From a virus, in the IMG/VR virus record IMGVR_UViG_3300029787_004704, positions 43,869 through 107,868 of that record: a stretch of DNA of 64,000 nt; one strand, given 5' to 3'. The translations under genes and the position numbers were made by a program. A model generated the notes under the pieces. It searched no databases. It saw nothing but the letters and a program-made list of their open reading frames with translations, and was not told the DNA's origin. Positions 7,468 through 19,700 of this stretch are shown in pieces (the first letter of the stretch is position 1; every line of letters begins with the position of its first letter).

Positions 7468-9183
7468 ATGGCATGGAAAAAATATTTTAATCTTGTACAA
7501 CCAGACGGTTCAATGTCGCCAGTAAGTGGCACCAATACTGCCAATGGTGGTGCAATGATGGGCAAGAGAAACTACACTTCATATCTACCAGAAGTGTACA
7601 CAGGACATCCAAACAGACAAGAACGTTACTATCAATATGATTCAATGGATCAAGATTCAGAAGTAAATGCGGCATTGGATATCATTGCAGAATTCTGCAC
7701 ACAGAATAACGAAAAAACAAAAACACCTTTCACTATACAGTACAAAACAGAGCCAACAGAATCAGAAGCAATGATTTTGAATGATGCAATCAAGCAATTC
7801 ACATCATTGAATGATTGGAGCAGAAGAATGTTCCGTATGTTCCGAAACACATTAAAGTATGGTGATTCATTTTTTATTAGAGATCCTGAAACACAACAAT
7901 TGATTCATGTGGCGGCTACAAAATGTGAAAAAATTATTGTGAATGAATCCAAAGGCAAAACACCTGAACAGTATGTGTTCAAAGATTTAAACTTAAATCT
8001 AGAATCATTGTCAGCATCGCAAGTAGCGGCCAATGTAACATATTCTTCACCGGGTGCTTCTGCTATTATTGATCAAGGATATGGCAAGTCAGGTGGAGCA
8101 TATTCAGGACCAGGCACATATGGCACAGGCGGTTCAGGCAGATTCGAAAGCACACAGAATCAATATGCAATTGATGCCAATCATGTTACTCATATGAGCA
8201 TGTCAGAAGGACTTGATGCAAACTTCCCATTTGGTACATCCATACTGGAAACTGTGTTCAAAACATTCAAGCAGAAAGAAATGCTGGAAGATGCTATCAT
8301 CATATACAGAGTACACAGAGCACCTGAACGTAGAGTGTTTTATATTGATGTAGGCAACATGCCAACACATATGGCCATGGGTTTTGTTGAAAGAGTCAAA
8401 AATGAAATTCACCAAAGACGTATTCCATCTGTGAGCGGTGGACAGAATTCAGTGGATGCAACATACAATCCGTTAAGCATAAACGAAGATTATTTCTTCC
8501 CACAAACAGCAGAAGGTAGAGGCTCTAAAGTGGAAACATTGCCAGGTGGCACAAACCTAGGTGAAATTGATGACTTAAGATACTTTACTAATAAACTGTA
8601 TCGTGCTTTGAGGATTCCAAGTGCTTATTTGCCCACAGGCCCAGATGATGGTGCCAACCCACAATACTCAGATGGTAGAGTAGGCACAGCATATATTCAA
8701 GAATTAAGATTCAACAAGTATTGTGAAAGATTGCAGGACATTGTTATTCCGCCAATCAATCATGAGTTCAAGTTGTTCCTTAAACAAAGAGGCATTAACA
8801 TAGACACATCATTGTTTGATGTAAAACTTACACCACCACAAAACTTTGCCGCATACAGACAGATTGAACTAGACAATCAACGTGTACAAGCATTCACACA
8901 GATAGAGCAAGTACCATATTTGAGTAAAAGATTTGCTTTACAAAGATTCTTAGGATTGAGTGAACAAGAACTTGCTAAAAATATGGAGATGTGGGCAGAA
9001 GAAAAAGGCGAATCAATGGACAATGCTGTCAAAGGTGAAGATCTACGTAATGTAGGAGTCACTGGCGGCGATCTTAACACAGACATATCAGATCAAACTC
9101 AACCCGATGAAGCACCAGAAGGTCCAGGACCAGGCGAAGAAGGTGGCGAACTCGAAGCTGGCGATGATGATATTGAGATCTAG
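7468..9183 (+). CDS. Portal protein (T4 gp20-like)
   Basis: LEDAIIIYRVHRAPERRVFYIDVGNMP; EDYFFPQ...GRGSKVETLPGG..LGEIDD. Confidence 0.97.
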   Translation: MAWKKYFNLVQPDGSMSPVSGTNTANGGAMMGKRNYTSYLPEVYTGHPNRQERYYQYDSMDQDSEVNAALDIIAEFCTQNNEKTKTPFTIQYKTEPTESEAMILNDAIKQFTSLNDWSRRMFRMFRNTLKYGDSFFIRDPETQQLIHVAATKCEKIIVNESKGKTPEQYVFKDLNLNLESLSASQVAANVTYSSPGASAIIDQGYGKSGGAYSGPGTYGTGGSGRFESTQNQYAIDANHVTHMSMSEGLDANFPFGTSILETVFKTFKQKEMLEDAIIIYRVHRAPERRVFYIDVGNMPTHMAMGFVERVKNEIHQRRIPSVSGGQNSVDATYNPLSINEDYFFPQTAEGRGSKVETLPGGTNLGEIDDLRYFTNKLYRALRIPSAYLPTGPDDGANPQYSDGRVGTAYIQELRFNKYCERLQDIVIPPINHEFKLFLKQRGINIDTSLFDVKLTPPQNFAAYRQIELDNQRVQAFTQIEQVPYLSKRFALQRFLGLSEQELAKNMEMWAEEKGESMDNAVKGEDLRNVGVTGGDLNTDISDQTQPDEAPEGPGPGEEGGELEAGDDDIEI

Positions 9184-9195
9184 GTAAATACTGTC

Positions 9196-9423
9196 ATGCA
9201 ACTATTTGAGTTTTTTACAGAATTAGATCAAGACAGATACAACAGCGATATGGACATCACTGTGTACGAAAAGAGCGATACAAGAAAATCTAAACTCACA
9301 CTAGAAATGTTAAATCAACTTAGACATCACATGCAGTCACGCAGACAAGAAAAAGTCAAAGCAATGGAACTGTATCAAAAAATGTACGGTGGCTCAGTTG
9401 GCGACTCAGCTGAAGTAGCCTAG
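9196..9423 (+). CDS. Small hypothetical head-associated protein
   Basis: 75 aa, TAAATA upstream, directly after portal. Confidence 0.7.
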   Translation: MQLFEFFTELDQDRYNSDMDITVYEKSDTRKSKLTLEMLNQLRHHMQSRRQEKVKAMELYQKMYGGSVGDSAEVA

Positions 9424-9442
9424 TACTAATTAATCTACATCA

Positions 9443-10303
9443 ATGGCAGGAAGAAGAGCACAGTGGAGACTCGCATCAGCACAAGCGGCTGTTCGTGGAG
9501 AAAAAACAGTATCCTTGTATGGCAAGACAGGTGAAATATCTGCATGGCTCAATCCTGAACAACTTAAAGACCCTAAAAAAACTCTTGCAGAACTTGAAAA
9601 AATTACAAAAAAATCTCACAAAGCAGAGATACCAAAATCAGAACCTATACCACCCAAAGACACTGCATACAAACCAGACGGTGAAGTGTGTTTCCTAATA
9701 GCCAACGGTGAATCAAGACGTGCATTTGATCTGAACAAACTTAAAGGCAAAGGATACATTGTAGGAATGAATGTGTTGCCTGTGGTAGAAGATTTTTGGC
9801 CTGACATGTTGGTCAGTGTGGATATTGCTACGGTCAAATGGTTGAGTGAAAAAGATGTGCCAGCAAAACTTGAACATTGGAGTTATCCGCGAGGCGGAGT
9901 AAAAGATCCTAGGATCAAAAGAATAGCAAAAGACTGGGGTTGGTCATCAGGCCCAACAGCAACAAGAATAGCACTTGAATACAAACGGTTTAAAACACTG
10001 TACATCCTAGGCATGGATTTTTTCGGCATAACTGCTACAGGCGAAGTTGATGAGAAAAAAGGCGACAAATTAAACAACATGTACAAAGGACAAGAAAGAT
10101 ACCGCAAAGCCAACTCAAGCAGAACCTATTTTGGCAACTGGCAGAATCAAATGGAAACTAACACCAAGAATCATCCTGATGCTAAATTTTACCATGTAGT
10201 GCTGGATAATCAAAAATCACCCAATAAACTAGCACAAAAGTCCAATTGGATAGACATAAATTATAGTATATTTGAAGAACATCTTCAAAAAATGTCAAAA
10301 TGA
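9443..10303 (+). CDS. MAF/DUF115-like putative glycosyltransferase
   Basis: CFLIANGES...GMN...PDMLVSVD...SSGPTA...LYILGMDF motifs. Confidence 0.6.
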   Translation: MAGRRAQWRLASAQAAVRGEKTVSLYGKTGEISAWLNPEQLKDPKKTLAELEKITKKSHKAEIPKSEPIPPKDTAYKPDGEVCFLIANGESRRAFDLNKLKGKGYIVGMNVLPVVEDFWPDMLVSVDIATVKWLSEKDVPAKLEHWSYPRGGVKDPRIKRIAKDWGWSSGPTATRIALEYKRFKTLYILGMDFFGITATGEVDEKKGDKLNNMYKGQERYRKANSSRTYFGNWQNQMETNTKNHPDAKFYHVVLDNQKSPNKLAQKSNWIDINYSIFEEHLQKMSK

Positions 10304-10374
10304 GCCTCTTAAAAAGGTCTTAACTCCTTGCAACCTTAAATACAACACCTAACAACCAACCAAAGGAGACAATC

Positions 10375-11280
10375 ATGTCTAAATTTGAAAAACTCCTGGA
10401 CTTGCTTGTGAATGAGCAAAAGGATGAAGCTGAAAAAGTATTTCATGAAATAGTTGTCGAAAAATCAAGACAAATTTATGAAGGCATCCTTGCTGACGAA
10501 GAAGCAACAGAGGACACAGCTAAAGACGCTGAAGAAGTTGAAGAAGCATCGGACAAAGATGAAGATGCCGAAACTGAAGCAGTAGACGAAGCAAAAAAAG
10601 ATGATGACGACGAAGACGATAAAGATAAAGAAGAAGTTGATGAAACTTCTGATGAAGAAGTCGACGAAGCATCTGAAGAAACTATCGAAGAAATTGGCGG
10701 AGACGCTACAGACGATTTAATATCAGATATCGAAGCAGAAGCAGAAGGCGACGACATGGCTGACATGGGAGATGAAAATGGCGACATGGACATGGACGGT
10801 GACGGCGATGCAGATCCTGAAGCAGAAGAAATGTTCGAACCATTAGAAAAAGAACTTGACGCTCTAAAAGCCGAGTTTGCTAAAATGATGGACAGCGACG
10901 AAGAAGGTGAAGCTGAAGAATCAGTAAATCCTTTCGAAGACGCAGAACCAAAAGATGCTGATACTATTGTTAAAGAATATGCAAACATGGTTAAAGACGG
11001 ACACGGTGCAGAGAAAAAAGGCTCTGAATCAGGTGCGGATAATAAAAAATCAGTGGTTGCTAAGAAAAACAAACCAATGAATAATGCATCTCCAGTAAAA
11101 ATGGACCAAGGCGGCGAAGAAAAAGGCGGCGTTGGAAAAGCACTTACAGGTGACACAGCGAAACCTATGGGCGGATCTTATAAAAATGCAGGTGGAATTA
11201 ATAAAGTTTCAACTGAAAAAACTCCAGCACCACAGAACGACACTGGATCAACTGACAAGTCACCAGTTGCTACAAAGTAA
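10375..11280 (+). CDS. Acidic prohead core / scaffold protein
   Basis: Very D/E-rich with repeated V/I-x-E sites; immediately upstream of the prohead protease; strong SD. Confidence 0.7.
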   Translation: MSKFEKLLDLLVNEQKDEAEKVFHEIVVEKSRQIYEGILADEEATEDTAKDAEEVEEASDKDEDAETEAVDEAKKDDDDEDDKDKEEVDETSDEEVDEASEETIEEIGGDATDDLISDIEAEAEGDDMADMGDENGDMDMDGDGDADPEAEEMFEPLEKELDALKAEFAKMMDSDEEGEAEESVNPFEDAEPKDADTIVKEYANMVKDGHGAEKKGSESGADNKKSVVAKKNKPMNNASPVKMDQGGEEKGGVGKALTGDTAKPMGGSYKNAGGINKVSTEKTPAPQNDTGSTDKSPVATK

Positions 11281-11292
11281 GGAAATAGGATA

Positions 11293-11916
11293 ATGCAAGT
11301 ACTATCGGAACGATTAACATTTGATCAAGCACAAGTTGTGGTTGAATCAAGTAACGAAGGTAAGGACTTGTACATGAAAGGCATTTGCATTCAAGGTAAC
11401 GTTAAAAATGCAAACCAAAGAGTGTATCCTACTTCGGAAATTAGTAAAGCAGTACAAAAAGTATCCGAACAAGTTGCCGGGGGCTCAAGTGTCCTCGGCG
11501 AGGTTGACCATCCAGAAGATCTCAAAATCAATTTAGATAGAGTATCTCACATGATTACAAGCATGTGGATGGAAGGCCATAACGGATATGGAAAATTAAA
11601 GATTCTCCCAACACCAATGGGAAAATTAGTAGAAACAATGTTACAATCAGGCGTAAAATTAGGCGTATCATCCAGAGGATCAGGCAACGTAGACGAGGCA
11701 TCAGGGAACGTATCAGAATTTGATATTATTACCGTGGATGTTGTGGCTCAACCATCGGCTCCCAATGCTTACCCAACTCCAATTTATGAAGGTCTCCTTA
11801 ATATGAGACACGGTCATAAACTAATGGGAATTGCGAAAGCGGCAAGAGAAGACAGTAGAGTTCAAAAACATCTAAAAGAAGGAGTGATCCAATTAATAAA
11901 GGATCTTAAACTATAA
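11293..11916 (+). CDS. Prohead protease (T4 gp21-like)
   Basis: NANQRVYP, LGEVDHP, GVSSRGSG and DVVAQPSAPNA motifs. Confidence 0.95.
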   Translation: MQVLSERLTFDQAQVVVESSNEGKDLYMKGICIQGNVKNANQRVYPTSEISKAVQKVSEQVAGGSSVLGEVDHPEDLKINLDRVSHMITSMWMEGHNGYGKLKILPTPMGKLVETMLQSGVKLGVSSRGSGNVDEASGNVSEFDIITVDVVAQPSAPNAYPTPIYEGLLNMRHGHKLMGIAKAAREDSRVQKHLKEGVIQLIKDLKL

Positions 11917-11926
11917 GGAGAAAATT

Positions 11927-12994
11927 ATGCTAGAAGTAATCAAACAACTCCTTGACAAAGACCTGGTAAACGAAGAAACTCGTGCCGAAATACAAGAGGC
12001 ATGGGATCAGAAGTTATCAGAAGTCAAAGAAGAAGCAAAAACCGAAGTAAGAGAGGAATTTGCAACAAGATACGAGCATGACAAGTCCGTAATGGTAGAA
12101 GCAATGGACCGACTAGTCAACGAAGCTCTGCAAAAAGAAATTGCAGAATTTGTTGAAGATAGAAAACAACTAGCGGCCCAAAGAGTAATGTACAAAAGAG
12201 GTGTTAAACCACACATGGAAACACTTCAAAAGTTTGTTACTCGTCAACTTGCAACTGAAATGGCTGAGTTACAAGCAGATAGAAAATCAATGGCAGAGCA
12301 AATTAAAACTCTAGAAGCATTTGTTACATCAACACTTGCTAAAGAGCTTAATGAGTTTGAAAGTGATAAACGATCTGTTGTAGAAACTCGCGTAAAACTA
12401 GTTAAAGAAGCAAAAGAAAAATTTGCTCAAATTAGAAACGCATTCATTAAGAAAGCAAGTAAAATTGTAGAACAAGTAGTAAGTGAGAATATCACTAAAG
12501 AGATGACACAATTTAAAGATGACATCAAAACTGCTAGGGAAAACAATTTTGGACGTAAGATTTTTGAAGCATATACTTCAGAATATCTAACTTCATACCT
12601 GCATGAGACTTCTGAAATTCGTAAATTGCAGAAACAACTCGACGAGACCACAGCACAAGTTGAAGAGAACGAAAAACTTCTTGAGTCTGAGAAAATCGAA
12701 AAACATAAGATTGAATCAAGACACAGAAGAGATAAAGTTCTTAACGAAATGTTAGGTCCACTTTCAGGTGATAAGAAAGAAGTTATGGGCAATCTGTTAG
12801 AAACAGTTCAAACAGACAACCTAAAAACAGCTTTCACAAAATATCTTCCACACGTAATGAAAGACGCTAAAAAAGCTTCAATCATAAGTGAGTCAAGAAC
12901 AGAAAAAACAGGCGATAAAACACAGGCAAACACACAGGCAAAAGAACAAGACGCGGATGTATTAAGCATTCGTAAATTAGCAGGTATAAACTAA
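11927..12994 (+). CDS. Prohead scaffold (T4 gp22-like)
   Basis: Coiled-coil protein between protease and major capsid protein. Confidence 0.85.
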   Translation: MLEVIKQLLDKDLVNEETRAEIQEAWDQKLSEVKEEAKTEVREEFATRYEHDKSVMVEAMDRLVNEALQKEIAEFVEDRKQLAAQRVMYKRGVKPHMETLQKFVTRQLATEMAELQADRKSMAEQIKTLEAFVTSTLAKELNEFESDKRSVVETRVKLVKEAKEKFAQIRNAFIKKASKIVEQVVSENITKEMTQFKDDIKTARENNFGRKIFEAYTSEYLTSYLHETSEIRKLQKQLDETTAQVEENEKLLESEKIEKHKIESRHRRDKVLNEMLGPLSGDKKEVMGNLLETVQTDNLKTAFTKYLPHVMKDAKKASIISESRTEKTGDKTQANTQAKEQDADVLSIRKLAGIN

Positions 12995-13007
12995 GGAGAA
13001 ACAAAAC

Positions 13008-14183
13008 ATGACATCCCAATTGCTAGAACATAAATGGCAAGAAACTAAAGGCGCTTTAATGGAAGGCGTTGAAGGTTCTAAAGCCAAAAACTTGGATGTG
13101 GTCTTAGAGAATACACGCAAATACTTGTCAGAGCAGGCAACTTCTGGAGCTACTGGTTCCGGTAACGTTGCAACTCTAAACAGAGTAATTTTGCCTGTAA
13201 TTCGTAGGGTCATGCCAACAGTGATTGCTAACGAGCTAGTAGGTGTACAACCTATGACTGGCCCAGTTGGTCAAATTCACACATTGAGAGTTAGATATGC
13301 TGACGCAACTACCGGCGGTGCTACAAACATCGCAGCTGGTGACGAAGCATTATCACCTTTCAAAATTGCATCATCTTATTCAGGTAACGACAGTGACCCG
13401 GCTAAGGGTGCATCAACAGCTACTTTAGAAGGTACTGCAGGTAACAGATTAAACGTGCAGATCCTAAAACAAGTAGTAGAAGCTAAATCAAGAAAACTAT
13501 CTGCAAGATGGACTTTTGAAGCGGCTCAAGACGCACAAGCACAGCAAGGTGTTGATATTGAAGCAGAAATCATGGCGGCATTAGCTCAAGAGATTACTGC
13601 TGAGATCGACCAAGAAATAATCGGCTCTCTAAGAACATTAGCGGGTTCGGCAGCTGCGGCTTTTGATCAATCTGCTGTTTCAGGTACAGCAACATTCGTT
13701 GGTGACGAACATGCGGCTCTAGCTGTACTGATCAACCAACAAGCAAACTTAATTGCACAAAGAACAAGACGTGGTGCAGGTAACTATGCTGTTGTTTCAT
13801 CTGAAGCACTAACAATCTTACAATCTGCTACAACTTCAGCGTTTGCTAGATCTACAGAGGGTGTATTTGAAGCACCAACTAACACTAAGTTTGTTGGAAC
13901 TTTGAACAACTCAATGAGAGTCTACGTAGACGGTTATGCAGCTACAGGAACAGATGTATTAGTAGGATACAAAGGACCATCAGAAGCAGATGCTCCAGCG
14001 TTCTATTGCCCATACATACCGTTAATGAGCTCAGGCGTTGTACTGGATCCGTCTACATTCGAGCCGGTAGTAAGTTTCTTAACTAGATATGGATACACTG
14101 AGTTATCAAACACAGCATCATCTCTAGGTAATGCGGCTGACTATCTTGCTAGAATTAGCATCAGTAACGTATCATTCAAATAA
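13008..14183 (+). CDS. Major capsid protein (T4 gp23-like)
   Basis: RRVMPTVIANELVGVQPMTGP, AKSRKLSARWT, AFYCPYIPL and TRYG motifs. Confidence 0.97.
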   Translation: MTSQLLEHKWQETKGALMEGVEGSKAKNLDVVLENTRKYLSEQATSGATGSGNVATLNRVILPVIRRVMPTVIANELVGVQPMTGPVGQIHTLRVRYADATTGGATNIAAGDEALSPFKIASSYSGNDSDPAKGASTATLEGTAGNRLNVQILKQVVEAKSRKLSARWTFEAAQDAQAQQGVDIEAEIMAALAQEITAEIDQEIIGSLRTLAGSAAAAFDQSAVSGTATFVGDEHAALAVLINQQANLIAQRTRRGAGNYAVVSSEALTILQSATTSAFARSTEGVFEAPTNTKFVGTLNNSMRVYVDGYAATGTDVLVGYKGPSEADAPAFYCPYIPLMSSGVVLDPSTFEPVVSFLTRYGYTELSNTASSLGNAADYLARISISNVSFK

Positions 14184-14198
14184 TTTTATTTGAATACT

Positions 14199-14226
14199 AG
14201 AAGGGGGGCCATTGTGCCCCTCTTCT
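14199..14226 (+). terminator. Intrinsic terminator after capsid gene
   Basis: AGAAGGGGGGC-CATTGT-GCCCCTCTTCT stem-loop. Confidence 0.7.
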
Positions 14227-14259
14227 CTTGAGTTCAGTATACTTCAATAAATACTTCAT

Positions 14260-16668
14260 ATGAAGATTATCCAAGGACAGGAAAAAGTAATTCTACGAGC
14301 AGTTTCGCCGGACGGGGGAACTACATCAGGAGATTTGTTAACAGCTTTTGCAGAAGATAGTGGCACAACAGGTATTAGAATTTCCAATCTAGAAGTAGAA
14401 ACACAAACAACACTTAACAGCACAACAACCACAATTGAAGATTCGTTTTTAGAAGTAAACAGAAATAATTCAACAGCAGACAGTGAAGATTCAGGAATAT
14501 TTTTCAATAGAGGATCTGTTGATCATGCACTATTATATTGGGACGCAGGTGATGATAATTTTGTAGTAGGGACTACAACACATGAATCAACAGTAACAGC
14601 AATTTCAAATGTTACTCTCGGACAACTCAAAGTTGCCACAACCCCAAGTCATGCAAATCATGCCGCAAGTAAAAGTTATGTTGATTCAAAAACAATCACA
14701 GTAGCAGGAGACAACAGTGCGGCTATCACAATAGATTTTGATGATGCAGAATTAGTATTATCAGGAGGAACTAGTATAACCACTGCCACCACAGCAGGAG
14801 GTAACGCTTTTGAGATAAGTGTTGATGCCGCAATGACAGGAATCAACTCAATAACATCAGCCTCGGCTGAAAATATTACATTAGTAGCACAAAGTAATTT
14901 GATTGTGATCGACGATACAATCACATTTAATTCACAATTAGCATCAGATCCAAGTGCGGCAAGCATTGCCAAACTGTATGCTAAATCTCCTTCAATAGGC
15001 GGCACAGGATTATACGTAATTCATAGTGGTGTCAATGGTGGCGAATCGACAGAGATTATGGGTCAAACAAGTAACAATCTAGTTGTGTTTGGAGATGACT
15101 CAACTACAATGGAAATTTTGATTCCAGATGTTCCTTTGACTGTAAGTGGAGGTAACAGCATAACAACTTCTACTTCAAGTACACAAACTTTGACAGTAGC
15201 ATTAGACAATCAGATTTTTGTAAATGAAATATCATCAAACGACTCAACAGGCGTTACTCTCAAGGATGATTTATTATTAGCAGGAACGTTGAGAGCCGAA
15301 GATTCTACTAACATAAGTGTTGATGGAGGTATGCAGATTAGTGGTGTGGTTACTGGATTAACTATAGAAGCAACAGGTGACACAGCGGCCAATGACAATG
15401 CCGCAATGGGATATACAGCCGCAGAAGGTTTGATATTGACTGGACAAGGATCTACAAATGATGTAACAATTAAAAATGATGCTGATGCTGATGTAATTGA
15501 AATACCAACTGGTACAACCAATGTAACTATTGCAGGAACACTAGGAACAGGTGGATCTATTACTGCTACAGGCTCATTCATAATTGGCTCAGCTGACATG
15601 AACGAGGCCGACCTTGAAAAATTAGACGGAATCACAAACGGTACAGTAGCGGCATCCAAAGCAGTTGTTGTAGATGCAGACAAAGATGCATCAGGATTTA
15701 GAAACGTTACAGCAACTGGTTCATTCATAATTGGCTCAGCTGATATGAACGAAACTGATCTAGAAAAACTAGACGGAATCACAAACGGCACAGTGGCGGC
15801 AAACAAAGCAGTTGTAGTTGATGCCTCGAAAGACATCGGCACATTTGGAACAATTACTGGCAGTGCTTTAGTAGTTGAAACTATATCTTCAGCAGACTCA
15901 ACCAGTGTATTTTTTAATGATGGGATTACCATAGCAGGCTCGATCAAAGCAGATGATTCTGCTACAATTAATATTGATGATGGACTTGACGTCGAAGGTG
16001 CTGTAACTTTAGGTTCAACAGTATCGCTAGGTGACACTATGAGTATACCTGATTCTGTCAAAATATTGTTTGGTACAGGTAATGATTTAGAAATTTTCCA
16101 TGATGGTACTGATAGTGTTATTAAAGATGGCGGAGCTGGCTCACTTGAAATTAGAGCCACAGATTTAAAAATTAACAACAGTGCTAACAATCACAATATG
16201 ATCAAAGCAATTGATGGTGGTACTGTTGAACTTTATCATAATAATGTTAAAAAAATAGAAACCACTGCTACTGGCGTCACAGTGACAGGCGGAATAACAT
16301 CTTCAGGGGCAACCATAATGACACCAGTAGATGATTTAGCAACATCAACCACTGCTTTGTCATTGACTGCAACAGTTCATTCACTTGCAGTAGGTGAAGC
16401 CAATTACACTTTGGCCGCAGGTACAGAAGGACAAATTATGCACTTTGTGATTGCAGGCGGCGACTCTGTGATAGGTAATGTTGCAAACACAACTGTGACA
16501 ATATCTCAGGTTAGAGACCCAGATGATGGAGATGTGTTGGCCACTTATGCATGGAGTCCATTTATAGGAAATCAAGCAGGCGATTCAACAACACCTAAAC
16601 GTACACTGGCAACCTGTGTGTTTGCCAATGGTGCTTGGAACCTAGATCAATATAACGATATCACATAA
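14260..16668 (+). CDS. Virion fibre / structural protein
   Basis: 802 aa, S/T/G/A/D-rich; shares the LEKLDGITNGTVAA.KAVVVD repeat with the downstream giant fibre. Confidence 0.75.
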   Translation: MKIIQGQEKVILRAVSPDGGTTSGDLLTAFAEDSGTTGIRISNLEVETQTTLNSTTTTIEDSFLEVNRNNSTADSEDSGIFFNRGSVDHALLYWDAGDDNFVVGTTTHESTVTAISNVTLGQLKVATTPSHANHAASKSYVDSKTITVAGDNSAAITIDFDDAELVLSGGTSITTATTAGGNAFEISVDAAMTGINSITSASAENITLVAQSNLIVIDDTITFNSQLASDPSAASIAKLYAKSPSIGGTGLYVIHSGVNGGESTEIMGQTSNNLVVFGDDSTTMEILIPDVPLTVSGGNSITTSTSSTQTLTVALDNQIFVNEISSNDSTGVTLKDDLLLAGTLRAEDSTNISVDGGMQISGVVTGLTIEATGDTAANDNAAMGYTAAEGLILTGQGSTNDVTIKNDADADVIEIPTGTTNVTIAGTLGTGGSITATGSFIIGSADMNEADLEKLDGITNGTVAASKAVVVDADKDASGFRNVTATGSFIIGSADMNETDLEKLDGITNGTVAANKAVVVDASKDIGTFGTITGSALVVETISSADSTSVFFNDGITIAGSIKADDSATINIDDGLDVEGAVTLGSTVSLGDTMSIPDSVKILFGTGNDLEIFHDGTDSVIKDGGAGSLEIRATDLKINNSANNHNMIKAIDGGTVELYHNNVKKIETTATGVTVTGGITSSGATIMTPVDDLATSTTALSLTATVHSLAVGEANYTLAAGTEGQIMHFVIAGGDSVIGNVANTTVTISQVRDPDDGDVLATYAWSPFIGNQAGDSTTPKRTLATCVFANGAWNLDQYNDIT

Positions 16669-16726
16669 TATCCCCCATAATAGATAACCCGGCCAACGAG
16701 TTGCTTTGGATTAAATACACTCATAC

Positions 16727-19700
16727 ATGACCAAACAACGTATTCAAATAGGTGCTATTAACTCTGGATCCGGCGATACCTTAAGAGCCGCGATGATAAA
16801 AATCAATAACAACTTTGATGAGTTGTATGATTTACAGGGACAAGACTCTAGTGGTCAGGGCATTGATATAAATGGAAACACAATCACATCAAATTTTGAA
16901 GACACTGACATAACATTATCACCAAACGGCACAGGTGACATTGTAATGGATGGTGATCTTGTTGTTACTGTTATAAAATCAGATGATTCTACAGAAGTTA
17001 AAATAAGTGATTCATTGAACGTCACAGGCACAGTGACAGCAACAGCATTTGTTGGTGATGGATCAGGACTTACAGGAGTAAGTGGTAGTGGTGGTGGCGG
17101 CGGTGACTCTACAGAAGTTTACACAAATATTTTAAGATCAAATGACTCCACTGCTATCCAAGTTGCAGACAATTTAGTACCAACAGCAGATGACACTTTC
17201 AGTTTAGGTACAGCAGACAAAAAATGGTCAGCAGTGCATGTTTCCGGAGGCACTATATTCTTAGGAAACTTACAGATCAAAGATTCAGGATCAAATTCAT
17301 TACAAATTTTAAGGTCAGACGGGTCTACTACGGCGGCAGTTGAATCTACAAGCACAACATTGAATGTTGTAGGTGATGACTCCACTGACATGGAAATTGT
17401 AGTTGGCACAGATAGATTACATTTCCAAGGTGGCACAAACATTGAAACATCCACAGACAGTGGTGCACAACTTACAATATCTACAAGTAACACTCCAACA
17501 TTCAGTGGCACAGTCACAGCAGGTGGATTAACAATTGGATCAGCAGTAATTAATGAAGCAGAACTAGAAACTATTGATGGTGTCACAGCAGGCACTGTGG
17601 CAGCTTCCAAAGCAGTGATTGTTGATGCCAACAAAGACGCGGCATCATTTAGAAACATTACTGCCACTGGTGCAGTAACAGGTGGCTCTTTTGTAATTGG
17701 ATCTGCAGACATTAGTGAAGCAGATCTAGAAAAACTAGATGGAATAACAAATGGAACTGCCGCGGCAAATAAAGCAATAGTAGCTGATGGCAACATTGAT
17801 GTTACTGCAATTAGAAATCTTACACTAACAGGAAACATACAGGTTGGTGGCGACATGACTGTGAGTGGCACAACTACATCAGTCAACACAACAAATTTAG
17901 AAATATCAGATGCACTATTAGAACTAAACAAAAATAACTCAGGTGGTGCAGATACTGATGCTGGACTATTAATACAAAGAGGATCTGCAGGCAACAATGC
18001 CGCGTTTTATTGGAATGAAGGTGCTGACAAATTCAAAGCAGTATTAACCACATCGGCAGCCACAGCAAGTGCAGTCACTGACTCAAGCACAGCAACCATT
18101 GTTGCAAATCTTGAAGGAGCAGTAACAGGCAATGCCGACACAGCAACAGCTTTAGCCACAGCAAGGAATATTGGTGGTGTTAGTTTTGACGGTACTGGAA
18201 ATATAAATTTACCTGGTGTAAACACTGCCGGTGACCAAGACACAAGTGGAACTGCCGCAATAGCAACTAAGATTATAGTAACTGATAACGAAAGTACAAA
18301 TGAAAATAATGTAATTTTGTTTGCGTCTAGCGTAGGTGATTCGAGTACTGCAAGTGGAAGTGGCGTAGAATCTGATGGTAACATGACATACAATCCCAGC
18401 ACAGGCAAAATCACTGCTACTGGATTTATAGGTGCTGTAACTGGTGATGTTACAGGTGATGTTACAGGTAATGCCGACACAGCAACAGCTTTAGCCACAG
18501 CAAGAACAATAGGTGGTGTGTCATTTGATGGCACAGGAAATATTAACTTGCCAGGAGTTAACACTGCTGGTAACCAAAATACAAGTGGAACAGCCGCGAT
18601 AGCAACCCTTGTAACAGTAACTGACAACGAAAACACAAATGAAGAAAATGTTGTTACATTCGTTGCTGGTGCAGATGCAGATGGTGGCAATGTTGGCCTT
18701 GAGTCAGATGGAAACTTTACATATAATCCAAGCACAGGGGCAGTAACAGCAACAAAATTCAAAGGTGATGGATCAGAACTTACTGGAATAAGCGGTGGTG
18801 GTGGATCAAGCACATTGAACGTTGTTGGTGATGATTCAACTGACATGGAAATTACGCTTGGAACAGATAGATTATATTTCCAAGGTGGCACAAATATTTC
18901 AACGTCAACAGACAGTGGGGCACAACTAACAATTACTGTTGCTGATGCTCCAACATTTAGTGGTGCAGTCACTGCCGCTGGATTTACAATAGGCAGTGCC
19001 GCTATTAACGAATCGGAACTTGAAACAATTGATGGTGTCACAGCAGGTACTGTGGCCGCAAGTAAAGCTGTCGTAGTTGACTCGAACAAAGATGCAACAG
19101 GATTTAGAAACGTTACAGGCACAGGAGATGTCGAAGGTGCAAGTTTAACTGTTACAAGTGGCGTTGCCATTACAGCATCAAGTGGCGATGTTACTGTTGC
19201 GAATGCAACATCAAATAAAGATTTAATATTCACAGTAAATGATGGTGGCTCTGCTACTGAGGTAATGAGATTAGATGGTGATGTGTCAGCATTATTAGTG
19301 GCGTCTGGGAAAGAATTGAGATTTGCAGACTCCGGAGAAAAAATATCAGGTGACGGCACTGACTTAACCATTGCATCAGGAGCCAAAATAAACCTAACAG
19401 CAACATCGGATGTTGTTGTTCCAGCTAACGTAGGAATTACATTTGGCACTGGCGAAAAAATTGAAGGCGACAACACAGACTTAACTATTACTTCAGGTGC
19501 TAAAATTAATTTGGCAGCTACTTCAGATGTACATATTCCAAATGATGTTGGTATTGTGTTTGGTGGAGATTCAGAAAAAATTGAAGGAGATGGAACGGAC
19601 TTAGTCATATCTGCAAATAATTTAACAGTTGACGCGGCCGCTGATATAATTTTAGACGCAGGTGGCAATGACTTCCAATTCAAAGCAGGTGGCACTCACA

